Positions 38,686 through 47,129 of a stretch of DNA of 64,000 nucleotides are shown here, in pieces. A program made the translations under genes and the position numbers. Source of the DNA: a virus (taxonomy: Duplodnaviria; Caudoviricetes); the IMG/VR virus record IMGVR_UViG_3300028832_000095, positions 32,001 to 96,000 of that record, one strand, 5' to 3'. The notes beneath the pieces are model-generated. The model was not told the DNA's origin and made no database searches. It saw only the letters and a list, made by a program, of their open reading frames with translations. Numbering within the stretch: position 1 is the stretch's first letter; every line of letters starts with the position of its first letter.

Positions 38686-38874
38686 TTGTGGGAAAGTCAG
38701 CAGTACAAGAAACTATGTTTTAAAAAGAGTGCATTCTTCTTTTACATAGTTTATGATTTCTCCTGTTTCCGGATCAATCATACTCTTGTAAATTGAATAT
38801 TTATAAGTCGGATTTCCTGTCTCCATTAAAATCTATTGATTTTTAATATTCACGAAATACTGACTTTCCCGCAA
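38686..38874 (+). ncRNA. Putative multibranched ncRNA with two CCUGUYUCC loops
   Basis: 15-bp closing stem ttgtgggaaagtcag/ctgactttcccgcaa; inner helices tacaaga/tcttgta, aaactatgt/acatagttt, atgatt/aatcat, gaatatt/aatattc. Confidence 0.6.
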
Positions 38875-38890
38875 ACCTTATTTTCAGAAA

Positions 38891-39316
38891 GTGGTGTTGA
38901 AAGTGATACAACAAGAATCGTTACAAATTCCATGTGAAGGAATATTTTGGGTAATAGATAATTGCTTAGTCTATTTTGCAGATAAGGTAAATCCAAAAGA
39001 TCCTTATGATTCAACAGATCTTCTACATAAAGATACATGGAGAGAAATAAAAGACGAATATCTTGTAGACGGAAAACAGGTTTCCTTTGATTATTTTCCT
39101 CGTGGAAGAGTTGAAACATTAGTAATTCAAGATACTGACGGAACCTTAGATCACTATGAAGCGACTATATATTTAGATAAATGTATCAACAATAAAGAAT
39201 TGATCTCGGAGGTTATAGATACGTTTAGACTATACCTTCCAAATGTGAAGGTTGAAAATGGAGGTCAGTTATTTATAGATGGTAGTCACTATACTTGTAA
39301 TAAGTGTAGAAAATGA
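38891..39316 (+). CDS. Hypothetical phage protein within the tRNA island
   Basis: GIFW..H..TW..YFPRGRV..HY.C..C pattern. Confidence 0.65.
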   Translation: MVLKVIQQESLQIPCEGIFWVIDNCLVYFADKVNPKDPYDSTDLLHKDTWREIKDEYLVDGKQVSFDYFPRGRVETLVIQDTDGTLDHYEATIYLDKCINNKELISEVIDTFRLYLPNVKVENGGQLFIDGSHYTCNKCRK

Positions 39317-39319
39317 TAG

Positions 39320-39437
39320 GGAATCTTCGTTTAAAAGTGATTAGCAACCAAAAAGAAAGACTGAATTATCAGTTTAGTTAATCCGAAGACAGTTCCTGAT
39401 CAGAACTATGTAAGGTACAAACTTACAGATTCCACCA
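39320..39437 (+). ncRNA. tRNA-like RNA (118 nt) with CCA end and greatly enlarged D-arm region
   Basis: ggaatct/agattcc-A-CCA acceptor; gtaag-gtacaaa-cttac T-like arm; agttc-ctGATca-gaact anticodon-like arm. Confidence 0.7.
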
Positions 39438-39443
39438 ATATTT

Positions 39444-39516
39444 GCCGTGGTAGCATAAATGGATATGCAACATCCTTCTAAGATGTCAGATACGGGTTCG
39501 AGTCCTGTCCACGGTA
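39444..39516 (+). tRNA. tRNA-Arg(UCU)
   Basis: gccgtgg/ccacggt; acatc-ctTCTaa-gatgt. Confidence 0.88.
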
Positions 39517-39522
39517 TGTTAT

Positions 39523-39676
39523 GTAGGAGTGGCGCAAGAGGTAAGACACACCGGATATAGAATCCGGTGGAAGAATTAAACATTGGTGAGTTCGACTATA
39601 ACCTAGGATGATGTCAGAACAAAATGTCCCTTGTTTATGATATCCTGTGTAGGTTCGAATCCTACCTCCTACACCA
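39523..39676 (+). tRNA. tRNA-Leu(UAG)-like RNA with an 81-nt variable-region insert (154 nt)
   Basis: gtaggag/ctcctac-A-CCA; ccgga-taTAGaa-tccgg; gtagg-ttcgaat-cctac; insert at 39568-39648. Confidence 0.7.
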
Positions 39677-39804
39677 ATAAGTCCAGACCCAAACTCCGTA
39701 GAACAATATGGGGTTTAAACGGGGAAAAATAAGTGATTAGCTTATGGAGAAAGGTGGACGCACTTGATGACGGTTTGCAAGGGCTTTACGTCATCCACAA
39801 ATAT

Positions 39805-39877
39805 TCCCTGTTAGATCAATCGGTAGATCAACTGACTGTTAATCAGTGGGTTGCTGGTTCAAGTCCAGCACAGGGAG
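39805..39877 (+). tRNA. tRNA-Asn(GUU)
   Basis: tccctgt/acaggga; actga-ctGTTaa-tcagt. Confidence 0.92.
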
Positions 39878-39883
39878 TTCAGA

Positions 39884-40089
39884 TAAGAGTGTTTAGGTTT
39901 GTTGATTTAGACGTTCATTCTTATCACCTGTAAAAGTATCTTTTGGTTTTTCGGTTTGCGTTTCCATTGGTAGCCATGCAGGTGCCTCCTTTCTTAAAAA
40001 TCAACTGAGGAAACAACACCTTTGGTGAATGGTGTGAAATACACCAGGCTCTGTGAAAACATTTACCTCACTTTCTGTTTTCACAGAGC
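39884..40089 (+). ncRNA. Series of hairpins with anti-Shine-Dalgarno segments downstream of tRNA-Asn
   Basis: gataagagtg/cattcttatc; cat-N7-cctcctttc; perfect 14-bp stem gctctgtgaaaaca/tgttttcacagagc with loop tttacctcactttc. Confidence 0.5.
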
Positions 40090-40126
40090 TTTCCTAAATT
40101 ATATCAATATTTCGGAGATGATAGAT

Positions 40127-40615
40127 ATGCGTGAAGATCTTATTCTAAGACTTAATGATAACATAGAATATTTAGAGGAATTAAAAAAGGTGTTACAGGA
40201 ATCTAAACCATCTAATATCGTTTTAGATTATTATGAAACATCTTATGTCGATACAATTGCAGATCACATCTACAAACCTAGGGCAGTATTTGATATACCA
40301 GAACCTTGTGAGAAGTGTAATGGAACAGGCGTTATTCAAGTATCTTCCGATAAAGATATTCACTATAAAATGTGTGATTGTTTCTATTCAACAAGGAAGT
40401 ATGTTGTAGAACCCCTTGCAGTAAGATCCATTGTAGATGCCGAAACACCTTATTATATGTGTTTTGACGGACTTGATATTATTTGTATTCCAATTCAAAG
40501 CGTAAAGAATTCTTTTTGTGTTGAAGATGTATATAATGAATATTATTATAAGAATAAAGAGGACTGTGAGAAAGCCTGTGATTGCTTGAATGGGGGTTGT
40601 ATAAATGACAAATAA
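40127..40615 (+). CDS. Hypothetical protein with CxxC zinc motif
   Basis: CEKCNGTG..CDC. Confidence 0.6.
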   Translation: MREDLILRLNDNIEYLEELKKVLQESKPSNIVLDYYETSYVDTIADHIYKPRAVFDIPEPCEKCNGTGVIQVSSDKDIHYKMCDCFYSTRKYVVEPLAVRSIVDAETPYYMCFDGLDIICIPIQSVKNSFCVEDVYNEYYYKNKEDCEKACDCLNGGCINDK

Positions 40616-40946
40616 TAAAAACTCAACACGTTATTATAGTGACAGACATGAAAAAAGAACTGCTAAGAATATCGGCGCAAAGGTTCAAACAAGCAGCGGA
40701 TCAAGTTCTTTTCTAAAAGGTGATGTTATTTCTGCAAAATGTCTTATCGAGTGTAAAACAAGCACATCCGAGAAGAAATCATTTTCAATCAAAAAAGAAT
40801 GGTTGGAGAAGTTGGAAGAACAGTGTTTTGCAATGGGAAAGAAACATCCGATATTAGTGTTTGACTTTGGTGACGGTAATAATTACTACATTCTAAACGA
40901 ACAGATGATAAGGAAGTTTGTTGAATTTTTAGATGGTGAAGAATAA
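40605..40946 (+). CDS. PD-(D/E)XK endonuclease, Holliday-junction-resolvase-like
   Basis: HE..A, SGS...KGDV, LIECKT, SFSIKKEWL. Confidence 0.7.
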   Translation: MTNNKNSTRYYSDRHEKRTAKNIGAKVQTSSGSSSFLKGDVISAKCLIECKTSTSEKKSFSIKKEWLEKLEEQCFAMGKKHPILVFDFGDGNNYYILNEQMIRKFVEFLDGEE

Positions 40947-40952
40947 GAAAAT

Positions 40953-40982
40953 AAACCTTGCTAATTTTTAGCAAGGTTTTTC
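40953..40982 (+). terminator. Rho-independent terminator
   Basis: aaaccttgctaa-ttt-ttagcaaggttttt. Confidence 0.8.
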
Positions 40983-41002
40983 ATTTATTTTTTATAAAAC
41001 AC

Positions 41003-41031
41003 TTGACTTTTTTGTGTAAATGTGTTATACT
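41003..41031 (+). promoter_or_regulatory. Sigma-A-type promoter
   Basis: TTGACT-17bp-TATACT with TG. Confidence 0.85.
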
Positions 41032-41071
41032 GTAATTACAGATTTTTAGTTTACAGGAGGTATATTATTGT

Positions 41072-43309
41072 ATGGAAACATTGGCAGTAAAGTATAGACC
41101 TAAGACATTTGATGATATGGTAGAACAAAGTGTTGTAAAAGACATTTTGATGAATCATATTAAGGAGAAGAAAGTAAGAAATGGTTATCTGTTTAGCGGA
41201 AGCGCTGGCTGCGGAAAAGCACAACCTTTGTATAGCAAGGTACTAACTCCTAAAGGTTACATTGCTATGGGTGAGGTTTCTGAAGGAACAGAAGTTATAA
41301 CACATACGGGATCAGTTGCATCCGTTTCGGAAGTATTTCCACAGGGAGAACGTGACATTTATGAGATACAGTTTAGTGATAGAACAAGTATTCGTGTGGC
41401 AGATAATCACCTAAATGTTGTATATAGGTACAATCAAAATAAGAAAATGAGAGAAGATTTTGTATTAACAACAATGGAGCTTATAGAACTATTAAAAAAA
41501 TCTAAAGATAAGATTAGAGTTGACCTTCCTGTGGTTGACTTTGATAAGACGGATGTTCCAATTGATCCATATCTATTAGGTTGCTTAATAGGTGACGGAT
41601 CACTCCATAATAATTTTGGTTTTTCTAATTCAGAAAAAGATGTTATTGATAAAGTATCCGGTATAGTTAGTAAGTATGATTGTTGCTTAGTACACAAATC
41701 TGGTTGTGATTATGCTATAAGTAGAACAACAGATTCTTTTAAAAATTACTATGTTTTTGAAGGAATTACTTATAAAGGACCTTATAAATTGATTGATAGA
41801 CTTGTTGAATTGGGTTATCCGAAATTTGATTCTGAAACAATTTTACAATTATCTTGCAATAAGGCGAAGATTATAGTTTCTAGGTATCCTGAACTCATCG
41901 GTAAAATAACCAAGATAACCAATGAAAATTATAATCAGCAAAATAAACTTTTAACACTCATAAAGAATATGGGTCTTGACGTTGGATCTAAGGACAAATT
42001 TATACCGAAAGAATATCTTATAAATGATGCCAATACAAGACTTCAAATTTTACGAGGTCTTTATGATACCGATGGATATACATCGTCTGGTGGGGAAACA
42101 AGTTTCTCCACATCTAGTAAAAAACTGTCCGATGATTTTGCTTTTTTAGTTAGATCTTTGGGTTGTCGTGATACGGTTATTGTTAAAAAATGTGGATACA
42201 GAAATCCAAATGGTGATTATGTAGAGTGTAGCAATAGTTATGAGCACTATATTAAATTTCCAAATAATTTAGTATATTGTTCTTCTGAAAAACATTTAGC
42301 TAGACGTAAAGAAAGACAACACGATCCAATCAAGAGTATTGTAGATATTAAATATGTAGGAAAAGAATTTTGTCAGTGTATTTATGTAGATCATGAAGAT
42401 CATACATACATTTCGGATGATTTTATTCCTACACATAATACAACCTCGGCACGTTGTTTCGCAAAGAGTCTTAATAGTTCTATAACAGAGCTTGACGCAG
42501 CTTCCCATAGTAGTGTGGATGATGTAAGGGATCTTATTAAAGATTCAAGACTGAAACCGATGGGAACTGATTATAGAGTATACATCATAGATGAAGCGCA
42601 TTCGCTTAGTAATCAGGCTTGGCAAGCTCTACTCAAGACATTGGAAGAGCCAACACCAACAAGCATTTTTATTTTTGCTACAACAGATCCTCAAAAAATT
42701 CCAAATACAATTTTATCCAGAATTCAAAGGTATAACTTCAAAAGAATTTCACATAAAGGAATTGTAAACAGATTAAAATACATACTTGATTCTGAAAATA
42801 AGAATGGTTGTAACTATACATATACCGAAGATGCCATTGATTATATCGCAAAATTATCTGAGGGTGGTATGAGAGATTCCATAACACTTATGGAGAAGTC
42901 ATTAGGTTATTCTGATAATCTTACAATGGAATCTGTAACAAAGGCTCTCGGAACTGTTGACTATGAAACAATGTTCACACTCACGGACAGCATTTATAAT
43001 ATGGACAGAAAATGTGTTATTTCGTGTATTGAGGAAACACATAGGGAAGGTCTTGATCTAAAACAGTTTATCAAGAATTATAGCTTTTTTGTTCTTGACC
43101 TTTGTAAATATGATGTATTTAGGTCTTTTGAGTATCTTCAGATGCCGAATACATATGAAGATAGGATGAAGAAGTATACACCAGATCACTATAAGTTCTT
43201 TACAGACTTACTCAATACAGTAATGCAACTCAATACAGATATTAAATGGGAATCTACTCCGAAGCCACTTATTGAATCAACACTTGTTCTTCTTTGTTCG
43301 GAGGGGTGA
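41072..43309 (+). CDS. dnaX: Clamp loader gamma/tau subunit with intein
   Basis: LAVKYRPKTF, GCGK|TTSAR, ELDAAS, IIDEAH, LLKTLEEP, TILSR, GGMRD. Confidence 0.93.
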   Translation: METLAVKYRPKTFDDMVEQSVVKDILMNHIKEKKVRNGYLFSGSAGCGKAQPLYSKVLTPKGYIAMGEVSEGTEVITHTGSVASVSEVFPQGERDIYEIQFSDRTSIRVADNHLNVVYRYNQNKKMREDFVLTTMELIELLKKSKDKIRVDLPVVDFDKTDVPIDPYLLGCLIGDGSLHNNFGFSNSEKDVIDKVSGIVSKYDCCLVHKSGCDYAISRTTDSFKNYYVFEGITYKGPYKLIDRLVELGYPKFDSETILQLSCNKAKIIVSRYPELIGKITKITNENYNQQNKLLTLIKNMGLDVGSKDKFIPKEYLINDANTRLQILRGLYDTDGYTSSGGETSFSTSSKKLSDDFAFLVRSLGCRDTVIVKKCGYRNPNGDYVECSNSYEHYIKFPNNLVYCSSEKHLARRKERQHDPIKSIVDIKYVGKEFCQCIYVDHEDHTYISDDFIPTHNTTSARCFAKSLNSSITELDAASHSSVDDVRDLIKDSRLKPMGTDYRVYIIDEAHSLSNQAWQALLKTLEEPTPTSIFIFATTDPQKIPNTILSRIQRYNFKRISHKGIVNRLKYILDSENKNGCNYTYTEDAIDYIAKLSEGGMRDSITLMEKSLGYSDNLTMESVTKALGTVDYETMFTLTDSIYNMDRKCVISCIEETHREGLDLKQFIKNYSFFVLDLCKYDVFRSFEYLQMPNTYEDRMKKYTPDHYKFFTDLLNTVMQLNTDIKWESTPKPLIESTLVLLCSEG
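41219..42439 (+). mobile_element. Ala1 intein (407 aa) with LAGLIDADG endonuclease in the DnaX Walker A
   Basis: Starts AQPLYSKVLTP, ends CQCIYV...PTHN followed by Thr; YLLGCLIGDG and LRGLYDTDG motifs. Confidence 0.9.
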
Positions 43310-43311
43310 TT

Positions 43312-44160
43312 ATGTATATCTGTGGACAAAAAGAATTATTAAGTAGGATTGATTCTTTAATAGGTAGAAATAGATTTCCAAGATTTTGTATTTTAGTTGC
43401 ACCGGAAGGATATGGAAAAAAGGTATTATCTGAGTATATTGCAAACGAGCTTGAATGTACTTTTGTTCCATGTGAAACAAAAGTAGAGAGTGTTAGAGAA
43501 ACAATCTATAATTCTTATAACATATCATCTAAGATGCTTTATATGTTTTTCGATTGTGATGATATGTCTGTAAACTCTAAGAATGCGTTATTGAAAGTAA
43601 CGGAGGAACCACCAAATAATGCTTATTTCATAATGACAGTACAGAATCTATCTACTGTGCTACCAACGATCATAAGTAGAGCAACAATATTCAATCTTGA
43701 AAATTATTCTATTTCCGAACTGGAAGAATATGTAAAACAAAATAAGTATGAATTTGATAAGGAAACAAAAAAGATCATATATCAAGTATCAACTTGTCCG
43801 AAGGACATAACCACATATACAGAGGTTAATTTGAAAGAAGTATATAGTCTTGCGGATAAGTTCATACAGTATATCGGTTCTGTATCACTGTATAATGAGT
43901 TTAAGATAGGGTATTCGTTGAACATAAAAACAGAAACAGATAAGGTTGATCCTGTTCTGTTTATGCGGTGTATTATGTTCGTGTGTATGGATTATATTGA
44001 ACGTGGTTGTGAAAAAGAAGATTATAAAATATTCAATACAATAATAAAGCAAACAAGCAAATACCTTTCAGAGCTATGTCAAAAAGGAAGCAGTAAGCAA
44101 ATCGTTATTGACAACTGGATATTAAACACTCACCTTGAAATATCCGGAGGTGCATTATGA
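43312..44160 (+). CDS. holB: Clamp loader delta-prime subunit
   Basis: GYGKK, MSVNSKNALLKVTEEPP, VLPTIISRA. Confidence 0.85.
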   Translation: MYICGQKELLSRIDSLIGRNRFPRFCILVAPEGYGKKVLSEYIANELECTFVPCETKVESVRETIYNSYNISSKMLYMFFDCDDMSVNSKNALLKVTEEPPNNAYFIMTVQNLSTVLPTIISRATIFNLENYSISELEEYVKQNKYEFDKETKKIIYQVSTCPKDITTYTEVNLKEVYSLADKFIQYIGSVSLYNEFKIGYSLNIKTETDKVDPVLFMRCIMFVCMDYIERGCEKEDYKIFNTIIKQTSKYLSELCQKGSSKQIVIDNWILNTHLEISGGAL

Positions 44161-45098
44161 ATTTAATGGAATTGAAATCAAGTATGGCAAACAAAGATAT
44201 ACACAATTTGTATATTTTTTATGGCGCGGAATATGCCATACTTGAAATATATATCAAGAAACTGAAAGATATTGTAGGTGGTCAGTATGTTCAATATGAT
44301 GATGTAGCATCATTATACAGAACACTAGACAAGAAAGATATGTTTGGATCCCAAAAGAAGTTTGTTCTTATTAGGGAGGACAAAGATTTTTTAACATCTG
44401 AATCTATGTGGAAAGACTTTGAATCTAAACTAAGTAAGAAGGATATAACACTTGTATTGAAATATTCCAGTATAGACCAACGATCTAAGTTCTCAAAAGC
44501 ATTTTCTGACAGGATGACTGAGTTTACATACCTCTCAAAAGAAGTTCTTACAAAGTATATCAAAAAAGAAATTGATATTACTGATTCTTGCTGTCAGTAT
44601 TTGTGTGATATTACACATAATGATTATGGTAGGATTCTTTTAGAAGTAGACAAAGTAAAAAGTTATGCACAGATAAAGAATATTTCCGATATGGATGCAT
44701 TCAAACAGTGTTATAGTGAGAATGTATTTCATTGTGATGTTGAAGGTGAAGTATACGATCTTGTAAATGCCATAATGATTCGCAGTATAAAGGATATTCA
44801 TTATCTGTTACAGGAATCGAAAGAACGTAAAGATAATCCAATCATGGTATTAGCAATTCTCCATAATAATGTAAGAACTCTTTTACAGTTACAGTTAGCC
44901 GGAGATGTAAAGGATCTGGCAGATCGAACAGGACTTACTGGTTTTCAGATAAAGAATGGAAAACAGTTTGTAGGTGTTTATGACAATAAAGAACTTGTGA
45001 GATTTATGAAGTATATTAGATACTGTGAAAAAGGAATAAAAAATGGACTGTTGAATTCGGACAATGCCATTGATTATTTACTGATAAATGTTCTGTGA
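44157..45098 (+). CDS. holA: Clamp loader delta subunit
   Basis: YIFYGAE, DMFG, IDQRSKFSK, LEVDKV, VYDLVNAI, IKNG. Confidence 0.8.
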   Translation: MNLMELKSSMANKDIHNLYIFYGAEYAILEIYIKKLKDIVGGQYVQYDDVASLYRTLDKKDMFGSQKKFVLIREDKDFLTSESMWKDFESKLSKKDITLVLKYSSIDQRSKFSKAFSDRMTEFTYLSKEVLTKYIKKEIDITDSCCQYLCDITHNDYGRILLEVDKVKSYAQIKNISDMDAFKQCYSENVFHCDVEGEVYDLVNAIMIRSIKDIHYLLQESKERKDNPIMVLAILHNNVRTLLQLQLAGDVKDLADRTGLTGFQIKNGKQFVGVYDNKELVRFMKYIRYCEKGIKNGLLNSDNAIDYLLINVL

Positions 45099-45109
45099 GG
45101 TGTTATATA

Positions 45110-45292
45110 ATGAGTTCTGAGAATAGCAATATAGATGATAAAGTTATTTATTGTAGAAGATGTGGAAGACCACTAAAAGGTTTTTCAAGTCGTGAACTTG
45201 GTTTCGGTCCTAGATGTTATTCGTTATGGAAAAAGGAACGGAACCAACAGATGCCATTATTTGACAGTAAGGAGATAGACAAGAATGAATGA
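45110..45292 (+). CDS. Small zinc-ribbon protein (DUF6011-like)
   Basis: CRRCGRPL...S..LGFGPRC; C-terminal QMPLF. Confidence 0.7.
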   Translation: MSSENSNIDDKVIYCRRCGRPLKGFSSRELGFGPRCYSLWKKERNQQMPLFDSKEIDKNE

Positions 45293-46031
45293 TAGTGGAA
45301 TAGAGAAAGGGAAACAAAGAAGCAAGGGAGTTATGGAGATCGAACATAGATTAACGTGGCTTGCAGAAAATGACCCTTATAATGAAGAAATGTATAAGCT
45401 ATTAAAATCATTAGCCGGGATATTCATAAATCAAAATAAATTTGTATATGGATATAGTGGTGTTGATGATGTTTGTCATGATGTAGCAGCGGATGTGTGG
45501 ATGAGTGTTCTGAATGGTAAAAAGATAAACGCTTGGATATATTATATCGGAAAGATGATAAAACTAACCTATGTCACAAGACAAAAAAAGATTGAGCATG
45601 AAATTATAAATGTTGAACATGATCCTCACCTGAGAGAAAATGTCAAAAAGATGTGTGCCAGTTCATCTATGTCATGTGTTAAAGAATTTGATGATATGGA
45701 ACGTAGACTGATGCTTGAAAATGTTCCTGCAATGATACAGCGAACAATGTCACATACAAAGTTCACACAAGGTACAAAAGAGTGGCTTGGTGTTTATACA
45801 AATGTCTGTCTTAATCTTCTTAAAGACATTGAACGTAAGCCCAGAAAGTATTTTAGAATTGATGACTCTTTAATACCTTATGTGGATATTATCATCGAGC
45901 AGTTTAAGAAAGATTTTAGAGTATCCGGTTTTAATTCATCAATTATGGATAATGTAGAAACGGATCTTGAAATGACACTTCTTGCAGACGAATCCTTTAT
46001 GAAAGAGAATGGGGGTCACTACAATGTCTGA
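45285..46031 (+). CDS. Hypothetical protein (possible sigma-like factor)
   Basis: Helical; DDVCHDVAADVW weakly resembles sigma region 2. Confidence 0.45.
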   Translation: MNDSGIEKGKQRSKGVMEIEHRLTWLAENDPYNEEMYKLLKSLAGIFINQNKFVYGYSGVDDVCHDVAADVWMSVLNGKKINAWIYYIGKMIKLTYVTRQKKIEHEIINVEHDPHLRENVKKMCASSSMSCVKEFDDMERRLMLENVPAMIQRTMSHTKFTQGTKEWLGVYTNVCLNLLKDIERKPRKYFRIDDSLIPYVDIIIEQFKKDFRVSGFNSSIMDNVETDLEMTLLADESFMKENGGHYNV

Positions 46032-46407
46032 GAACGCTAATGAGATTATTGGCAGATTAAAGGACAGGGATGTATATTCTATTCTGTGTAGTCTTCTTTT
46101 TGATATTAGACATATTCCTCAGTATTCAACATTATCTGAATTATGTTATATTTTGGATGTTGATTCGTTCTTAAATCTTATTCAGTATATGGAGGGTAAG
46201 ACAATCACGATTCCTACAAAAAAAGAATTCGCAGATTGCATTCAAACACTTAGACTGTTTCAGTATTCTGAGATTGAAAAAAGACCTTGGAAAGATTGTG
46301 TGTTGTTGGCGGGTTTCAAACCGGGTGAGGGAAAACTTGCTAAATGTAAGCTCAACAGACTTTTGCAAACACTTGAAGAAACAAATATTGGTAACAGAGA
46401 ATATTAA
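46024..46407 (+). CDS. Hypothetical protein (Mor-like HTH possible)
   Basis: FLNLIQYMEGKTITIPT pattern. Confidence 0.5.
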   Translation: MSENANEIIGRLKDRDVYSILCSLLFDIRHIPQYSTLSELCYILDVDSFLNLIQYMEGKTITIPTKKEFADCIQTLRLFQYSEIEKRPWKDCVLLAGFKPGEGKLAKCKLNRLLQTLEETNIGNREY

Positions 46408-46412
46408 GGTGG

Positions 46413-46694
46413 TTGCATATGACAAATGGTATAATATTGGATTGCTGTGAAACGCTTGAAAATAGATTAAATAGTAATATGTCAAAAGAGGATTTCTTCA
46501 TATCTTGTGTGAAAGAGAAAATGAATAAGATATACAATCGAGAAAATGAAGATTATGACACATTGCTGCGGAAATTAGAAGTGTATATTGATTATAACGA
46601 TCCACAAGGGGTTAAACAGTGCGTAGTTAAAATATTAAAACTTCTATCAAAGAATAGAAAAGTATTATTACATACATTAAAGGAGTTGAGTTAA
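46413..46694 (+). CDS. Hypothetical protein
   Basis: ORF in a tightly packed operon. Confidence 0.55.
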   Translation: MHMTNGIILDCCETLENRLNSNMSKEDFFISCVKEKMNKIYNRENEDYDTLLRKLEVYIDYNDPQGVKQCVVKILKLLSKNRKVLLHTLKELS

Positions 46695-46695
46695 A

Positions 46696-47127
46696 TTGGC
46701 AAGGTTAAAAGGCAGTGTTTCTTCAAAAGAAGCTAAGACAATCTCACAGGAAATAGAGCAAATACAAGGAAGTTCATATAGATACAATTTTGATTTTCTT
46801 AGGCTTATCGAACTTCTGATATCTTATAAAATAGCTGAATCTGTTGCAGAATATAAGAAAGATACTCCATTAGATGAAATGTCCGTCACAGTAGAAATAC
46901 CACTTATAGGGGAACTTGAAATAGTTCCAAGGTATTTTCATGAAAAACATAGACTGACAGACGAACCCTCTTTACATTTTGATTTTAATTTCACTCCGAC
47001 AAGTGCTTTCAAATCTGATGTTATGAGGGCTTTTACAGTAAAGGATTGTGATCTAAAAGATGTAGCTGCTTCTATATACTCAGATAGATTACAGGAGCTA
47101 TATAAGAGATTTCAGAATGGAGAATAA
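46696..47127 (+). CDS. Hypothetical protein
   Basis: AGGAG RBS; tightly packed. Confidence 0.6.
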   Translation: MARLKGSVSSKEAKTISQEIEQIQGSSYRYNFDFLRLIELLISYKIAESVAEYKKDTPLDEMSVTVEIPLIGELEIVPRYFHEKHRLTDEPSLHFDFNFTPTSAFKSDVMRAFTVKDCDLKDVAASIYSDRLQELYKRFQNGE

Positions 47128-47129
47128 AT

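Noticed and set aside
39523-39676. tmRNA
   Set aside because: Too short, retains an anticodon arm, and lacks the G3-U70 alanine identity pair and a convincing tag ORF
38469-40126. ORF-track entries 38469-38672, 39374-39583, 39733-39933 and the 5' extension of 40022
   Set aside because: They overlap tRNAs or structured RNAs and lack an RBS
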